DNA from: Myxococcota bacterium
GTDB taxonomy: Bacteria > Myxococcota_A > UBA9042 > PHBI01 > JAWLBL01
DNA length: 64,000 nt
Direction of reading: 5' to 3'
Assembly (NCBI GenBank): GCA_041687695.1
Contig: JAWLBL010000013.1
Span: 32,001 to 96,000, forward strand
Shown one piece after another: positions 52,023 to 64,000 of this stretch. How positions within the stretch are numbered: position 1 is the stretch's first letter; the number at the start of each line of letters is the position of its first letter. Below the pieces are notes generated by a model that saw nothing but the letters and a program-made list of their open reading frames with translations, ran no database searches and had not been told where the DNA came from. Position numbers and translations under genes: made by a program.

Positions 52023-52415
52023 CTATTCCGCGGCGGGCTCGGCGGGCGCCTCGGGGGCGGCCGGCTGCGCGGGCGCCTCGGGGGCCGCCGGCTGGGCGGG
52101 CGCCTCGGGGGCGGCGCCGGGCTCGGCCGGGGCGGCGCCAGGCGTGGCCGGAGCGCCCGCGGGCGGGCGGGTCGGGTTGACCGTGCTGGTGGTCAGGCTG
52201 AAGCGCGCCAGGAGCAGGCTGAAGACCATGAAGCCGGCGGCGAGCCAGACGGTCATCTTGCCCAGAAAGCCGACCGCGCCGCGGGCGCCGAACATCGTGT
52301 TGCCGGCGCCGCCGCCGATGACGCCCATGCCGGAGCCCTTGCCGGGCTGCAGCAGCACGACCAGGATCAGCAGGACGCAGATGACGATGTGCAGGATGAG
52401 GACCAGGGTTTCCAT
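52023..52415 (-). CDS. secG: Preprotein translocase subunit SecG
   Basis: LVVLLQPGKGSGMG...FGARGA...KMT; repetitive APEAPAQPA tail. Confidence 0.95.
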   Translation of the reverse strand: METLVLILHIVICVLLILVVLLQPGKGSGMGVIGGGAGNTMFGARGAVGFLGKMTVWLAAGFMVFSLLLARFSLTTSTVNPTRPPAGAPATPGAAPAEPGAAPEAPAQPAAPEAPAQPAAPEAPAEPAAE

Positions 52416-52581
52416 CAGCTCGACTTCCTAAGGCCCCTCGCGGTGCGTCGGGGGCGCCGGGGCGGTGTCCGGAGCGGTCGGGACGCGACCGCGCCCCCCT
52501 CCCGCCGCTGGCGGGCCGCCCCGTGTAGCAGAGTCGCCCCGCAGGGTCAAGCGCGGCGTCCGCGGCCGCGCTGGCCACCGC

Positions 52582-53343
52582 TCAGCGCGCGGCGGCGACG
52601 ATGTTCAAGAACGACTCGGCGTCGAGGCTGGCCCCGCCGACGAGGGCTCCGTCGATGTCAGGTTGCGCGAGCAGGCGCGCGGCGTTGTCGGGTTTGACGC
52701 TGCCGCCGTACTGCACGCGCACGCGATCGGCCACGGCGTCGCCATGACGCTCGCGGAGCCGCGCGCGTATGAACGCGTGGACCTCCTGCGCTTGTTCCGG
52801 GCTGGCGTTCCTTCCCGTGCCGATGGCCCAGACCGGCTCGTAGGCGACGACGGTCTGCGCGACCTGGTCACGGTCGAGCTTGGCGAGCCCCGCCGTCAGC
52901 TGCGCCTCGACCACGGCCTCGGTCCGACCCGCCTCGCGCTCGTCGAGCGTCTCGCCGACGCACAGGATGGGCGTGAGTCCGTCGCGGTGCGCCGCGGCCA
53001 CCTTCTCTCCGACCCACTCGGGGGTGTCTCCGAAGTGCTGGCGCCGCTCGGAGTGGCCGCACAGGACGTAGGTGCACCCGATCGAGCGCAGCATGGGCGC
53101 GGACACCTCGCCGGTGAAGGCCCCCTGCACGGCCGGGTGCAGGTTCTGCGCCCCGAGCGCGATGGGCGAAGCCTCGATGACCCGCCGCACGTCGGTCAGC
53201 AGGCACGTCGGCGGGATGACGACGACCTCGACGTCGCCCCCGTCACGGAGGCCGTCGACCAGCTTCGTCGCCAGCGCCACCGCCGGCTCGCGCGTCATGT
53301 GCATCTTCCAGTTGCCCGCCACGATCTGCTTGCGCGTCGTCAT
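52582..53343 (-). CDS. tpiA: Triosephosphate isomerase
   Basis: AGNWKM, GHSERR, AYEPVWAIGTG, YGGSV, LVGGASL. Confidence 0.98.
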   Translation of the reverse strand: MTTRKQIVAGNWKMHMTREPAVALATKLVDGLRDGGDVEVVVIPPTCLLTDVRRVIEASPIALGAQNLHPAVQGAFTGEVSAPMLRSIGCTYVLCGHSERRQHFGDTPEWVGEKVAAAHRDGLTPILCVGETLDEREAGRTEAVVEAQLTAGLAKLDRDQVAQTVVAYEPVWAIGTGRNASPEQAQEVHAFIRARLRERHGDAVADRVRVQYGGSVKPDNAARLLAQPDIDGALVGGASLDAESFLNIVAAAR

Positions 53344-54554
53344 CAGCCCGCCTCCGGCCGCGGCACCCGCAGCGCCTCGACGCCGGGCAGCTCGCGCCCC
53401 TCGATGAGCTCGAGCGAGGCCCCGCCGCCGGTCGACACGTGCGAGATGAACGGCATGAACCCGCTCTTCTTCAGCGCCGAGATGCTGTCACCGCCGCCGA
53501 CCACGGTCGTGCCGCTCGCCCGCGCGACCGCCTGCGCGATCTTGTTGGTGCCGTTGGCGAACGACGCCATCTCGAAGATCCCCATGGGGCCGTTCCAGAA
53601 CACCGTGTGCGCGCCCTCGATGGCCTTGGTGAAGCGGTCGATGCTCTCGGGCCCGATGTCCACCGCGATCCCGTCGCCGGGGAAGCCCTGGTTGCCCCAG
53701 ACCTCGCTCGGCGCCCCGTCGCGCACGTCGCGGACCATCACGTGGTCGGTCGGCAGCAGGAACTGGACGCCCCGGCTCTCGGCCTTGAGCAGCGAGCGCC
53801 GCGCCTGCTGGATCTTGTCCTCTTCGATGAGCGACTTGCCCAGGTGCACGCCCTTGGCCGCCCAGAACGTGTAGGCCATCGCCCCGCCGACCACGATGGT
53901 GTCCACCTTGGTCAACAGGTTGTCCACCACGCCAATCTTGTCGCTCACCTTGGCGCCGCCCAGCACCGCGACGAAGGGGCGCTCGGGCTTTTCGAGCAGC
54001 TGCCCGAGGAAGCGCACCTCCTTTTCCATCAGCAGCCCCGCGCCGCGCTGCGGGACGAGGCGCGGCAACGCGTGGACCGAGGCGTGCGCCCGGTGCGCCG
54101 CCCCGAAGGCGTCGTTGACGTAGATCTCGCACAGCTGCGCCAGCTGCTTGGCGAACCCCTCGTCGTCGGCCTCCTCGCCCGCGTGGAAGCGCAGGTTCTC
54201 GAGCAGCACGATCTGTCCCTCGCGCAGATCCTGCACCAGCTTCTTGGGCCCGTCCCCCACGCAGTCGTCGGGCACCATGACCTCGGTGCCGAGCAGCTCG
54301 GCCAGGCGCTCGCCCACCGGCACCAGGCTGAACTTGGGGTTGCGCTTGCCCTTGGGCCGCCCCAGGTGGCTCGCCAGGACGATCCGGGCGCCCTGCGCGC
54401 GCGCGTGCTCGATGGTCGGCAGCGCGGCCTGGATGCGCGTGTCGTCGGCGACCTGCCCGTCCTCGGTCAGCGGGACGTTGAAGTCGACCCGGATGAACGT
54501 GCGACGGCCCTCGATGGGCAGGTCCTTGATGGATCGGATGATGGTCGTGCTCAC
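53343..54554 (-). CDS. pgk: Phosphoglycerate kinase
   Basis: [40 protein letters not shown] start. Confidence 0.98.
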   Translation of the reverse strand: MSTTIIRSIKDLPIEGRRTFIRVDFNVPLTEDGQVADDTRIQAALPTIEHARAQGARIVLASHLGRPKGKRNPKFSLVPVGERLAELLGTEVMVPDDCVGDGPKKLVQDLREGQIVLLENLRFHAGEEADDEGFAKQLAQLCEIYVNDAFGAAHRAHASVHALPRLVPQRGAGLLMEKEVRFLGQLLEKPERPFVAVLGGAKVSDKIGVVDNLLTKVDTIVVGGAMAYTFWAAKGVHLGKSLIEEDKIQQARRSLLKAESRGVQFLLPTDHVMVRDVRDGAPSEVWGNQGFPGDGIAVDIGPESIDRFTKAIEGAHTVFWNGPMGIFEMASFANGTNKIAQAVARASGTTVVGGGDSISALKKSGFMPFISHVSTGGGASLELIEGRELPGVEALRVPRPEAG

Positions 54555-54706
54555 CGGAGGCTCCGCGGGAAGGGTGTCGGGGGCCGCTTGGTTAGCCCCC
54601 CGGCGCCGCAGCGTCAAGGTGTCGGGCGCGGCCGGGGTGGCCCGCTCGCGGACACCACGCGCGCCCTCTGCTAACCTCCGCGCCGCCCCATCGTCGACGA
54701 GGCCTC

Positions 54707-56347
54707 GTGACGGACACCGCTGCAGCGCACAAGACGATCGCCGACCGCGCGCCCGCGCCCTCGGCCCGCCCCTCGGCCCTCCGCGTCGCGGCCGCCGCGC
54801 TGGTCGGCGCCGGCCTGGTGATCGCCGCCTTCCCGACCGTGCACCTGGCCTTCCCGGTGCTGCTGGCCTGGGTGCCGCTGCTGACCCTGGCGCGCCGCCT
54901 CGGCTGGAAGGGGCGCCTCGTCGCCGGCTGGCTGATGGGCTTTTCCTACCAGCTGGTCATCTTCCGGTGGATCGACTTCACCCTCGAGGTGATGACCAAC
55001 CTGCCGGGCTGGGTGCACGTCGTCGCCTGGGTGCTCTTCGCCCTCTGGCACGGCCTGATGGGCGGCGTCTTCCTGGCCCTCGCCGAGCCCGCCCGCCGCG
55101 CCGCCGCCCGCCGCTGGCCCGGCGCCGCCCCGCTGGCCGTCGCCGCCGTCTACGTCTCCATCGAGGCCCTCTGGCCCTTCCTCTTCCCCTGGACCCTCGG
55201 CCACGCCTTCTGGCAGGTCGGTCCGCTGGCCTCGATGATGGCCCTGACCGGCGCCCCTGGCCTGTCGTTCGTCGTCCTCGCCCTCTCGGCCCTGGCCGCC
55301 GACGCCTGGAGCCGCCGCCGGCAGGTCGCCTGGCGCCCGACCGCCGTCGTCGTCGGCCTGCTGCTGGCCTTCTCCGTCGGCTGGTGGATCCGCCTCGAGG
55401 CCGGCACGCCGCGCCGCACCCTGCGCGTCGCCGTCCTGCAGCCCAACTACACCCTCGCCGAAAAGCGCCGCCCCAGCGTGCAGACGCGCTCCAAGCTGCT
55501 CGTGCGCTTCGAGGGCATGCTGCGCGCCCTGCCGCCCGGCCGCTTCGACCTGGTCGTCGCGCCCGAGGGCGCCTTCCCCTTCTACTGGGACACCGCCGAC
55601 GGCCCCCAGGGCGGCCTGTCCAAGGTCGCCACCCGCCGCGTCGGCGCCGCCGTGCGCGAGGGACCCGCCGCTCCCGTCCTGCTCGGCGGCCTCCGGCAGC
55701 CGGCCAGCGACGGGCGCACCCGCAACGCCGCGGTCCTGCTGGGCGCCGACGGAGCGGTCGCGCACGTCTACGACAAGCGCATCCTGGTGCCCTTCGGCGA
55801 GTACCTGCCGCTGACCGACGTGTTCCCCAGCCTGGCCGGGGCCGTGCGCGGCATCAGCGACTTCGGCCGCGGCGAGGCGCCCTGCCAGCTCCAGGCCGCC
55901 GGCGAGCCGCTGTCGTGCGGCATCTGCTACGAGTCCATCTTCGCCGCCCCGACCCGCGCCGCCATGGGCGACGGCGTCTTGCTGGCGAACCTGACCATCG
56001 ACACCTGGTTCGGCGACAGCACGGCCCCGTGGTTCCACCTGATGGTGCAGTCCTCGCGCGCCGCCGAGCTGGGGGTCCCGCTGGTCCGCGCCGCGCTGAC
56101 CGGCATGTCGGCCGTGGTGGGCCCCGACGGCGTGCCGCGCCAGACGCTGGCCCTGCACGAGCAGGGCGTCATCGAGGCCGAGGTCCCGCTGCTCGACGTG
56201 ACGACCCCCTACCGCGTGGTGGGCCCCGCCTTCACCTGGGTGGCTTTCGCCGCGGCCGCCGCCGTGTTATTTCAGGCGCTCCGGCGGCGCCGGGAACCCG
56301 ACGCCGAAGCCGGTGTCGGATCGTCGCCGGCGGCGAAGACGGGCTGA
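54707..56347 (+). CDS. lnt: Apolipoprotein N-acyltransferase
   Basis: [24 protein letters not shown]-terminal TMs. Confidence 0.93.
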   Translation: MTDTAAAHKTIADRAPAPSARPSALRVAAAALVGAGLVIAAFPTVHLAFPVLLAWVPLLTLARRLGWKGRLVAGWLMGFSYQLVIFRWIDFTLEVMTNLPGWVHVVAWVLFALWHGLMGGVFLALAEPARRAAARRWPGAAPLAVAAVYVSIEALWPFLFPWTLGHAFWQVGPLASMMALTGAPGLSFVVLALSALAADAWSRRRQVAWRPTAVVVGLLLAFSVGWWIRLEAGTPRRTLRVAVLQPNYTLAEKRRPSVQTRSKLLVRFEGMLRALPPGRFDLVVAPEGAFPFYWDTADGPQGGLSKVATRRVGAAVREGPAAPVLLGGLRQPASDGRTRNAAVLLGADGAVAHVYDKRILVPFGEYLPLTDVFPSLAGAVRGISDFGRGEAPCQLQAAGEPLSCGICYESIFAAPTRAAMGDGVLLANLTIDTWFGDSTAPWFHLMVQSSRAAELGVPLVRAALTGMSAVVGPDGVPRQTLALHEQGVIEAEVPLLDVTTPYRVVGPAFTWVAFAAAAAVLFQALRRRREPDAEAGVGSSPAAKTG

Positions 56348-56404
56348 GGGGCGGGCGCCCCCCGGAGCGCGCGCCGCCGGCTCGACAGCCAAAAGCGGCG
56401 GCGC

Positions 56405-57025
56405 GTGACCCAAGCCTTCGACGATGACCCGCGGTTCCTCGCCGCCCTCAGGCGACGCGAGGAGCGGGCCTTCAACCGCCTCGTCCTGACCTACCAGGAC
56501 CGCGTGTACAATCTGTCCTACCGGCTGCTCGGCTCGGAGGAGGAGGCGCGCGACGTGGCGCAGGAGGTCTTCGTCACCATCTTCCAGAAGATCGAGCTGT
56601 TCCGCGGCGAGTCCAAGCTGTCGACGTGGATCTTCCGCGTCGCCGCCAACCACGCGAAGAACCGGATCAAGTACCTGTCGCGCCGCCAGGACCGCAAGCA
56701 GGACAACTTCGAGGACATGGTGGTCGAGGTCTCGTCGGGGCGGCTCAACGCCCCGATGCCGCGGCCGGACCAGGTCTATGACCAGATGCGGCTCGAGGAG
56801 TACCTCGAGCGGGCCATGCAGGCGCTCGATGAAGATCAGCGGGCCCTCATCGTCCTGCGCGACATGGAGAACATGACCTACGAGGAGATCGCCGAGGTCA
56901 CCGGGCTCAACCTCGGGACGATCAAGAGCCGCCTGCACCGCGGGCGGCTGCGCCTCAAAGAGGCCCTCGACGACTGGATGGCCGGTCGCGAGCCCGCCTC
57001 GGACGCCCAGAAGAGGACGGCGTGA
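56405..57025 (+). CDS. ECF sigma factor
   Basis: DVAQEVF, FRGESKLSTWIFRVAAN, TYEEIAEV, GTIKSRLHRGR. Confidence 0.95.
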   Translation: MTQAFDDDPRFLAALRRREERAFNRLVLTYQDRVYNLSYRLLGSEEEARDVAQEVFVTIFQKIELFRGESKLSTWIFRVAANHAKNRIKYLSRRQDRKQDNFEDMVVEVSSGRLNAPMPRPDQVYDQMRLEEYLERAMQALDEDQRALIVLRDMENMTYEEIAEVTGLNLGTIKSRLHRGRLRLKEALDDWMAGREPASDAQKRTA

Positions 57026-57672
57026 TGAGCACTTCCACCCCGCGGCGACGTGACGGCGATGGCACCGACGACTTCGGCGTCGACGAGCGCTGGTCCGACT
57101 GGATCGACGCCCAGATGGACAAGCGCGAGCGGGACGCCTTCGAGCGCGAGCTCGAGGACGACCCCGAGCTGCGCCGCGAGCTGGAGGCGTTCCAGCAGAC
57201 GGTAGGCGTGCTGCGACGGATGCCGCCGGCGCAGGCGCCCGACGACTTCCTGCAGCAGGTGCAGTCGCGCATCCGCCGCCGCACGACCGGCCGCTTCTAC
57301 GGCGAGCAGTGGAAGACGCGCTTCCCGTACGAGGCGGCGTTCAACCTGGTGCTGCTGGGGCTGATGATGGCCCTGTACATCACGGCGATGCCCAAGCCGG
57401 ACCCCGAGCCCATCCCGGTCCGCGCCGAGGCGATGGAGCGCGGAGGGGCGGGCGGGGATCTGGCCGGCGCGATCCTGGGGACCTACGGACCGGTGACCGC
57501 CATCGTCGGCGAGGGGGATCGCCCCGTGTTCGAGGTGACCGTCGAGGCGGGGCGGGTCGAGGCCCTGCGCCAGGAGATCGGGCTGTACCCGCAGCTCGAG
57601 CTGGTCGGCGAGCCGACGCCGGCGGAGGCGGCGGGCCAGGCGCGCGTCAGGGTGCGGGCGACCGCGCGATAG
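57022..57672 (+). CDS. Transmembrane anti-sigma factor
   Basis: Overlaps ECF stop; ZAS-like N-terminus without Cys/His ligands; one TM. Confidence 0.75.
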   Translation: MMSTSTPRRRDGDGTDDFGVDERWSDWIDAQMDKRERDAFERELEDDPELRRELEAFQQTVGVLRRMPPAQAPDDFLQQVQSRIRRRTTGRFYGEQWKTRFPYEAAFNLVLLGLMMALYITAMPKPDPEPIPVRAEAMERGGAGGDLAGAILGTYGPVTAIVGEGDRPVFEVTVEAGRVEALRQEIGLYPQLELVGEPTPAEAAGQARVRVRATAR

Positions 57673-58669
57673 GCGCGTCGAGGCCCGGCAGGACCATCTC
57701 GTCACCGCTGGTGCGCCAGCGCCAGGCCGTCACCTCGTAGCGATCGTCGCGTGGGTGCCAGGTGACGTCGAACACCATCGCGAAGGCCGCCCGCTCGCGC
57801 ATGGGCAGCCAGAAGCGGAGGTCGATGACCTCGACCACGAGCGCGCGGCGGTCGGGGGTGCGATAGCCGACGCGGGCGATGGGCTCCTCGGCCCACCGCA
57901 GGAAGTCGCGGCCGGGGCGGGTCGCCAGGGCGGCGGCGACGGCCGGGTCCTCGAGGTTGCGGACCCAGGTCTGGCGGATCTCCGGAGCGCCGCCCAGGAC
58001 GTCGACCCAGGCGTGGTGGGCGAAGTCGGGCTCGGTGAGGACGACCGACCGCACGTTGGGCCACAGCGGCGTCGGCCAGACCGACACGTCCTGCAGGTTC
58101 AGCGCCTGCCGCTCGGCCAGGGCGCGCCCCTCGGCGCGGGCGGCCTCGGTCAGGGCGCCGTTGACGCCGATGTAGACGGCGAGGCCGAGCAGCGCCGCGG
58201 CGCTGAGGCGGGGACGCGCGACGCGGGTCAGGCGGGTGAGCCAGAAGGGCGTCGTCAGGATGACCCAGAACCAGGGGTCGACGATGAAGACCCAGGGCAG
58301 GGCGAAGCGGGTCCGGTCGACCGGGCTCAGCAGCATCGTCCCCCAGCTGGTGACCAGATCCAGCGCGAAGTGGCTGAGCAGCGCCCAGAAGGCGAGCCAC
58401 AGCATCGGCTTGAGCGGCGCCTTGAACAGGCGCGCCATGGGCCAGGCGACGAGCGGCACCAGGACGGGCAGGGCGAGCAGCGAGTGCGTGTAGCCGCGGT
58501 GCTCCATCATGTAGGCGTGCTCGCCGGCGATGGGCCACAGCAGGATGTCGAGGTCGGGCGCGTTCGCGGCCAGGGCCGCGGTCCACCAGGCGGCCTTGCG
58601 CCCGACGCGGTCGCGGAAGCCCAGGTCGGCGATGGCGAAGCCGGTCAGGGTGTGGGCGAGGTTCTCCAT
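57647..58669 (-). CDS. YdjM-like inner-membrane metal-dependent hydrolase
   Basis: HTLTG, APDLD, HRGYTHS, SHFALD. Confidence 0.9.
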   Translation of the reverse strand: MENLAHTLTGFAIADLGFRDRVGRKAAWWTAALAANAPDLDILLWPIAGEHAYMMEHRGYTHSLLALPVLVPLVAWPMARLFKAPLKPMLWLAFWALLSHFALDLVTSWGTMLLSPVDRTRFALPWVFIVDPWFWVILTTPFWLTRLTRVARPRLSAAALLGLAVYIGVNGALTEAARAEGRALAERQALNLQDVSVWPTPLWPNVRSVVLTEPDFAHHAWVDVLGGAPEIRQTWVRNLEDPAVAAALATRPGRDFLRWAEEPIARVGYRTPDRRALVVEVIDLRFWLPMRERAAFAMVFDVTWHPRDDRYEVTAWRWRTSGDEMVLPGLDAPIARSPAP

Positions 58670-58721
58670 GGCCGGCACCTGTCCCCCGCGGGGCGCGCGG
58701 TGTCAAGCCAGACCCACCGCG

Positions 58722-59741
58722 CTACTGCAGGGGCAGCCAGTCGCGCTCGGGTCGGTAGCCGCGCGCCTCGAGGAAGGGCACGATCAGCTCGCGGGCGCCC
58801 CGGCTGGCGACGCAGAGCAGGACGAGCCGGCCGTCGGGCGGGCCGAGCGCCTCGTGGGCGACGACCGGAAGGCCTCGTGTCGAGCGCTGGCCAATTTTCC
58901 TGGGGTCGATGTCGATGAGGTCGTCGACGCGCGCCCCGGCGTCGAGCAGCTCGGCCGCGTGGCGGCGCCCGTACTCGCCGGCGCCCCACAGGCGGCAGGC
59001 GCGCCCACCCGCGAGGGGCCCGCTGAGCAGGAAAGCGTGCCGGAGGCGCCGGAAGGCCAGCTCGCGGTAGCGCGCGTCCGCTCGGGTGAGCCGGCGAGGG
59101 TGATCGCGCCAGGTCTGGAGCACGTCGGGCACCTTCCCGAAGACGGCGCCGCGCTCGAACAGGCGCAGCCACAGCTCGTGGTCCTCGGGGAAGTCGCCGT
59201 CGCGGTAGCCGCCGGCCTCGAGCACGGCGCGCCGTCGGAAGACCACCGACGGATGCGCAACCGGCGCATCGATGAAGCGCGCCCGGCGCAGGGCCTCGGG
59301 CGTGTCGAGCGCGTTGAGCCAGGCGACGAAGCGCTGCATCCCGGGGCCCGGGGCCGCGTCGCCGAGCGTGGCGTACGCGACGCCGCAGGCGACCACGTCC
59401 CAGCCCGGGTGGGCGTCGAGCGCGGCGACCTGGCGGGCCAGTCGCTCGGGGTGCATCACGTCGTCGGCGTCGTGCCGCGCGACCAGCGGCGCGCGGGCCA
59501 GCTCGAGCCCGGCGTTCAGCGCCGGCACCAGCCCGGCTTCGGGCAGCTCGACCAGGCGCACACGGGCGTCCCGCGCGGCCCGCGACGCTGCGATGGCCGC
59601 GCTGTCGTCGGTGCACCCGTTCAGGACGACCAGCAGCTCGAGGTCGGCCAGCGTCTGCGCGAGCGCCGAGTCGATCGCCTCGGCGAGGGTCGACCCGGCG
59701 TCGTGCACGGGCAGCAGGACGGAGACGCGCGGTCCGGTCAC
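58722..59741 (-). CDS. Glycosyltransferase family 2
   Basis: VSVLLPVHD, ARHDADD, HPSVVFR, EDHELW. Confidence 0.92.
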   Translation of the reverse strand: MTGPRVSVLLPVHDAGSTLAEAIDSALAQTLADLELLVVLNGCTDDSAAIAASRAARDARVRLVELPEAGLVPALNAGLELARAPLVARHDADDVMHPERLARQVAALDAHPGWDVVACGVAYATLGDAAPGPGMQRFVAWLNALDTPEALRRARFIDAPVAHPSVVFRRRAVLEAGGYRDGDFPEDHELWLRLFERGAVFGKVPDVLQTWRDHPRRLTRADARYRELAFRRLRHAFLLSGPLAGGRACRLWGAGEYGRRHAAELLDAGARVDDLIDIDPRKIGQRSTRGLPVVAHEALGPPDGRLVLLCVASRGARELIVPFLEARGYRPERDWLPLQ

Positions 59742-59742
59742 G

Positions 59743-61227
59743 TCAGGCCGCGCGCGATTCCTCGAAGTGCTCGCCGTCGTGGCTCCACAGGACGGTCTTG
59801 CCGTCCGACAGGGTCCGGATGTGGACCGGGCGGCTCCAGATCTTCGCGAGGTTCTTCAGGGTGTCGCGGCCGTAGTCGGTCTTGAGCTCCTGGCCGTCGA
59901 ATTTGTGCCACAGGAGCAGCTCGCCGCGGTTTTTGTAGTTGGCGTCCTCGACGTAGATGACCGGCTGGCCGAAGTTGGTCAGCTGCGTCAGGAGCATCTG
60001 TTTGACCTTGGCGAACTCGCGGGTCTTGATCTCCCAGGCGTCGCTCTTGCGGTTGTAGCCGAAGGTGAAGAGCTTCTGGCGCTCGCAGAACTCGGGCGTC
60101 AGGAACTCGTCGAGGAACATGACGTCGTTGTAGATCTTGCGGACCTGGAAGATCTTCTCGCGGCCGAGCCCGAGCTGCTGGTCCCAGCTGAGCTTTCGTT
60201 CCATCTCCTCGCACCGGTCGTACTCGAGGCCGAAGCGGCCCTTGTTCCACCGGTCCTCGATGTCGCGGAACAGCTCGATGCCCAGCTTGTAGGGGTTGAG
60301 CTGGGTCTGGCTGGTCGCCATCGTACCCGAGTGGATGGAGCAGAAGTCGATGATCTCCGAGTCGTCGCAGACGTGCTCGGTCATGATCTTCGAGTGCCAG
60401 TAGCTCGCCCAGCCCTCGTTCATGATCTTGGTCATGCGCTGCGGGGCGAAGTAGTACGCCTCGTTGCGCACGATCTCGAGGACCGTCCGCTGCCATCGCT
60501 CGAGCGGCGCGTGCTCGAGCAGGAACAGCATCACGTCGCGCTCGGGCTCGGGCGGCGTCTTCTTGCGCGCCTCCTCGTGCCGCTTGCGCAGCTCCTCGCG
60601 CTTTCGCTCGAGCTCGTCCTCGGGGTTGATGTACCGGTCCATGTACGAGCGCGCCGGGATCTTGCGCACCTCGGGCGGCGTGTCCTCGTCCTCGTCGATC
60701 CGGGCCCGCCGCGCCGAGTAGGGGCTGTGGAGATCGATGAGGTTGTCGATGGACAGGCACACGTCGATGAACGCCTCGACCTTCTCCTCGCCGTAGCGCT
60801 CGCTGATGCGGGCGAGCTTGGCCGCGTGGTTGGCCATCTGGTCGAGCATCTTGCGGTTGGTCCGCGAGAACCACGCGTTGTTCTTGAAGAAGTCGCAGTG
60901 GGCGTAGACGTGGCCGATGACCAGCTTGTGGTCCACCAGCGCGTTGCCCTCGAGCAGGTAGGCGTAGCAGGGGTTGGTGTTGATCACCATCTCGTAGATC
61001 TTGTGCAGACCCCAGGCATAGCTCTTGCTCAGCCGCTCGTACTCCATGCCCCACTTCCAGTGCCGATAGCGCACCGGGAAGCCGTCGTAGGCGGCGAGCA
61101 TGTTCATCTGCTCGTAGGTGACCATTTCGAAGATGGTCGGGAAGAAGTCGAGGCCGAAGTTGCGAGCGACCTTCTCGATCTCGAGGATCCAGAAGCGGAG
61201 CTCGTCGGGGAGCTTGAGCGTCTGCAT
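59743..61227 (-). CDS. spoVR: SpoVR/YcgB family protein
   Basis: IYEMVINTNPCYAYL, HCDFFKNN, TKIMNEGWASYWH, LNPYKLG. Confidence 0.95.
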   Translation of the reverse strand: MQTLKLPDELRFWILEIEKVARNFGLDFFPTIFEMVTYEQMNMLAAYDGFPVRYRHWKWGMEYERLSKSYAWGLHKIYEMVINTNPCYAYLLEGNALVDHKLVIGHVYAHCDFFKNNAWFSRTNRKMLDQMANHAAKLARISERYGEEKVEAFIDVCLSIDNLIDLHSPYSARRARIDEDEDTPPEVRKIPARSYMDRYINPEDELERKREELRKRHEEARKKTPPEPERDVMLFLLEHAPLERWQRTVLEIVRNEAYYFAPQRMTKIMNEGWASYWHSKIMTEHVCDDSEIIDFCSIHSGTMATSQTQLNPYKLGIELFRDIEDRWNKGRFGLEYDRCEEMERKLSWDQQLGLGREKIFQVRKIYNDVMFLDEFLTPEFCERQKLFTFGYNRKSDAWEIKTREFAKVKQMLLTQLTNFGQPVIYVEDANYKNRGELLLWHKFDGQELKTDYGRDTLKNLAKIWSRPVHIRTLSDGKTVLWSHDGEHFEESRAA

Positions 61228-61230
61228 GCG

Positions 61231-62346
<1,116 letters not shown>

Positions 62347-62349
62347 GCG

Positions 62350-64000
<1,651 letters not shown>

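Overview
High-GC chromosomal window. Gene content (bactofilin, Cys-rich lipoproteins, GltJ/AgmX-type protein, split ATP synthase operon) points to Myxococcota or a related former deltaproteobacterium; this is inference. It is mostly housekeeping: atpF'FHAGDC, gyrB, mfd-ppiC-surA-pdxA, an M16 peptidase pair, kynA, mazG-murJ, pgk-tpiA-secG-tRNA-Leu(GAG), lnt-ECF sigma-anti-sigma, and prkA-yeaH-spoVR. No integrase, transposase, reverse transcriptase, cas gene or CRISPR array was seen. Best leads: (1) a DnaD-like gene plus a double-zinc-ribbon DnaC/DnaI-like ATPase directly behind gyrB; (2) a Cys-rich lipoprotein with an atypical-composition FGE/C-type-lectin-fold tip, inside a cluster of Cys-rich surface proteins; (3) two facing tandem arrays sharing a CGCCACACA core between an ABC ATPase and bactofilin; (4) a dense TGACGCG palindrome cluster over a phasin-like promoter; (5) most candidate sigma70 promoters lack the -7 T; (6) three tandem paralogous NTF2-like lipoproteins plus a pseudokinase after tRNA-Leu; (7) a catalytically degenerate M23 peptidase. 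All calls come from manual reading and none is proven novel.
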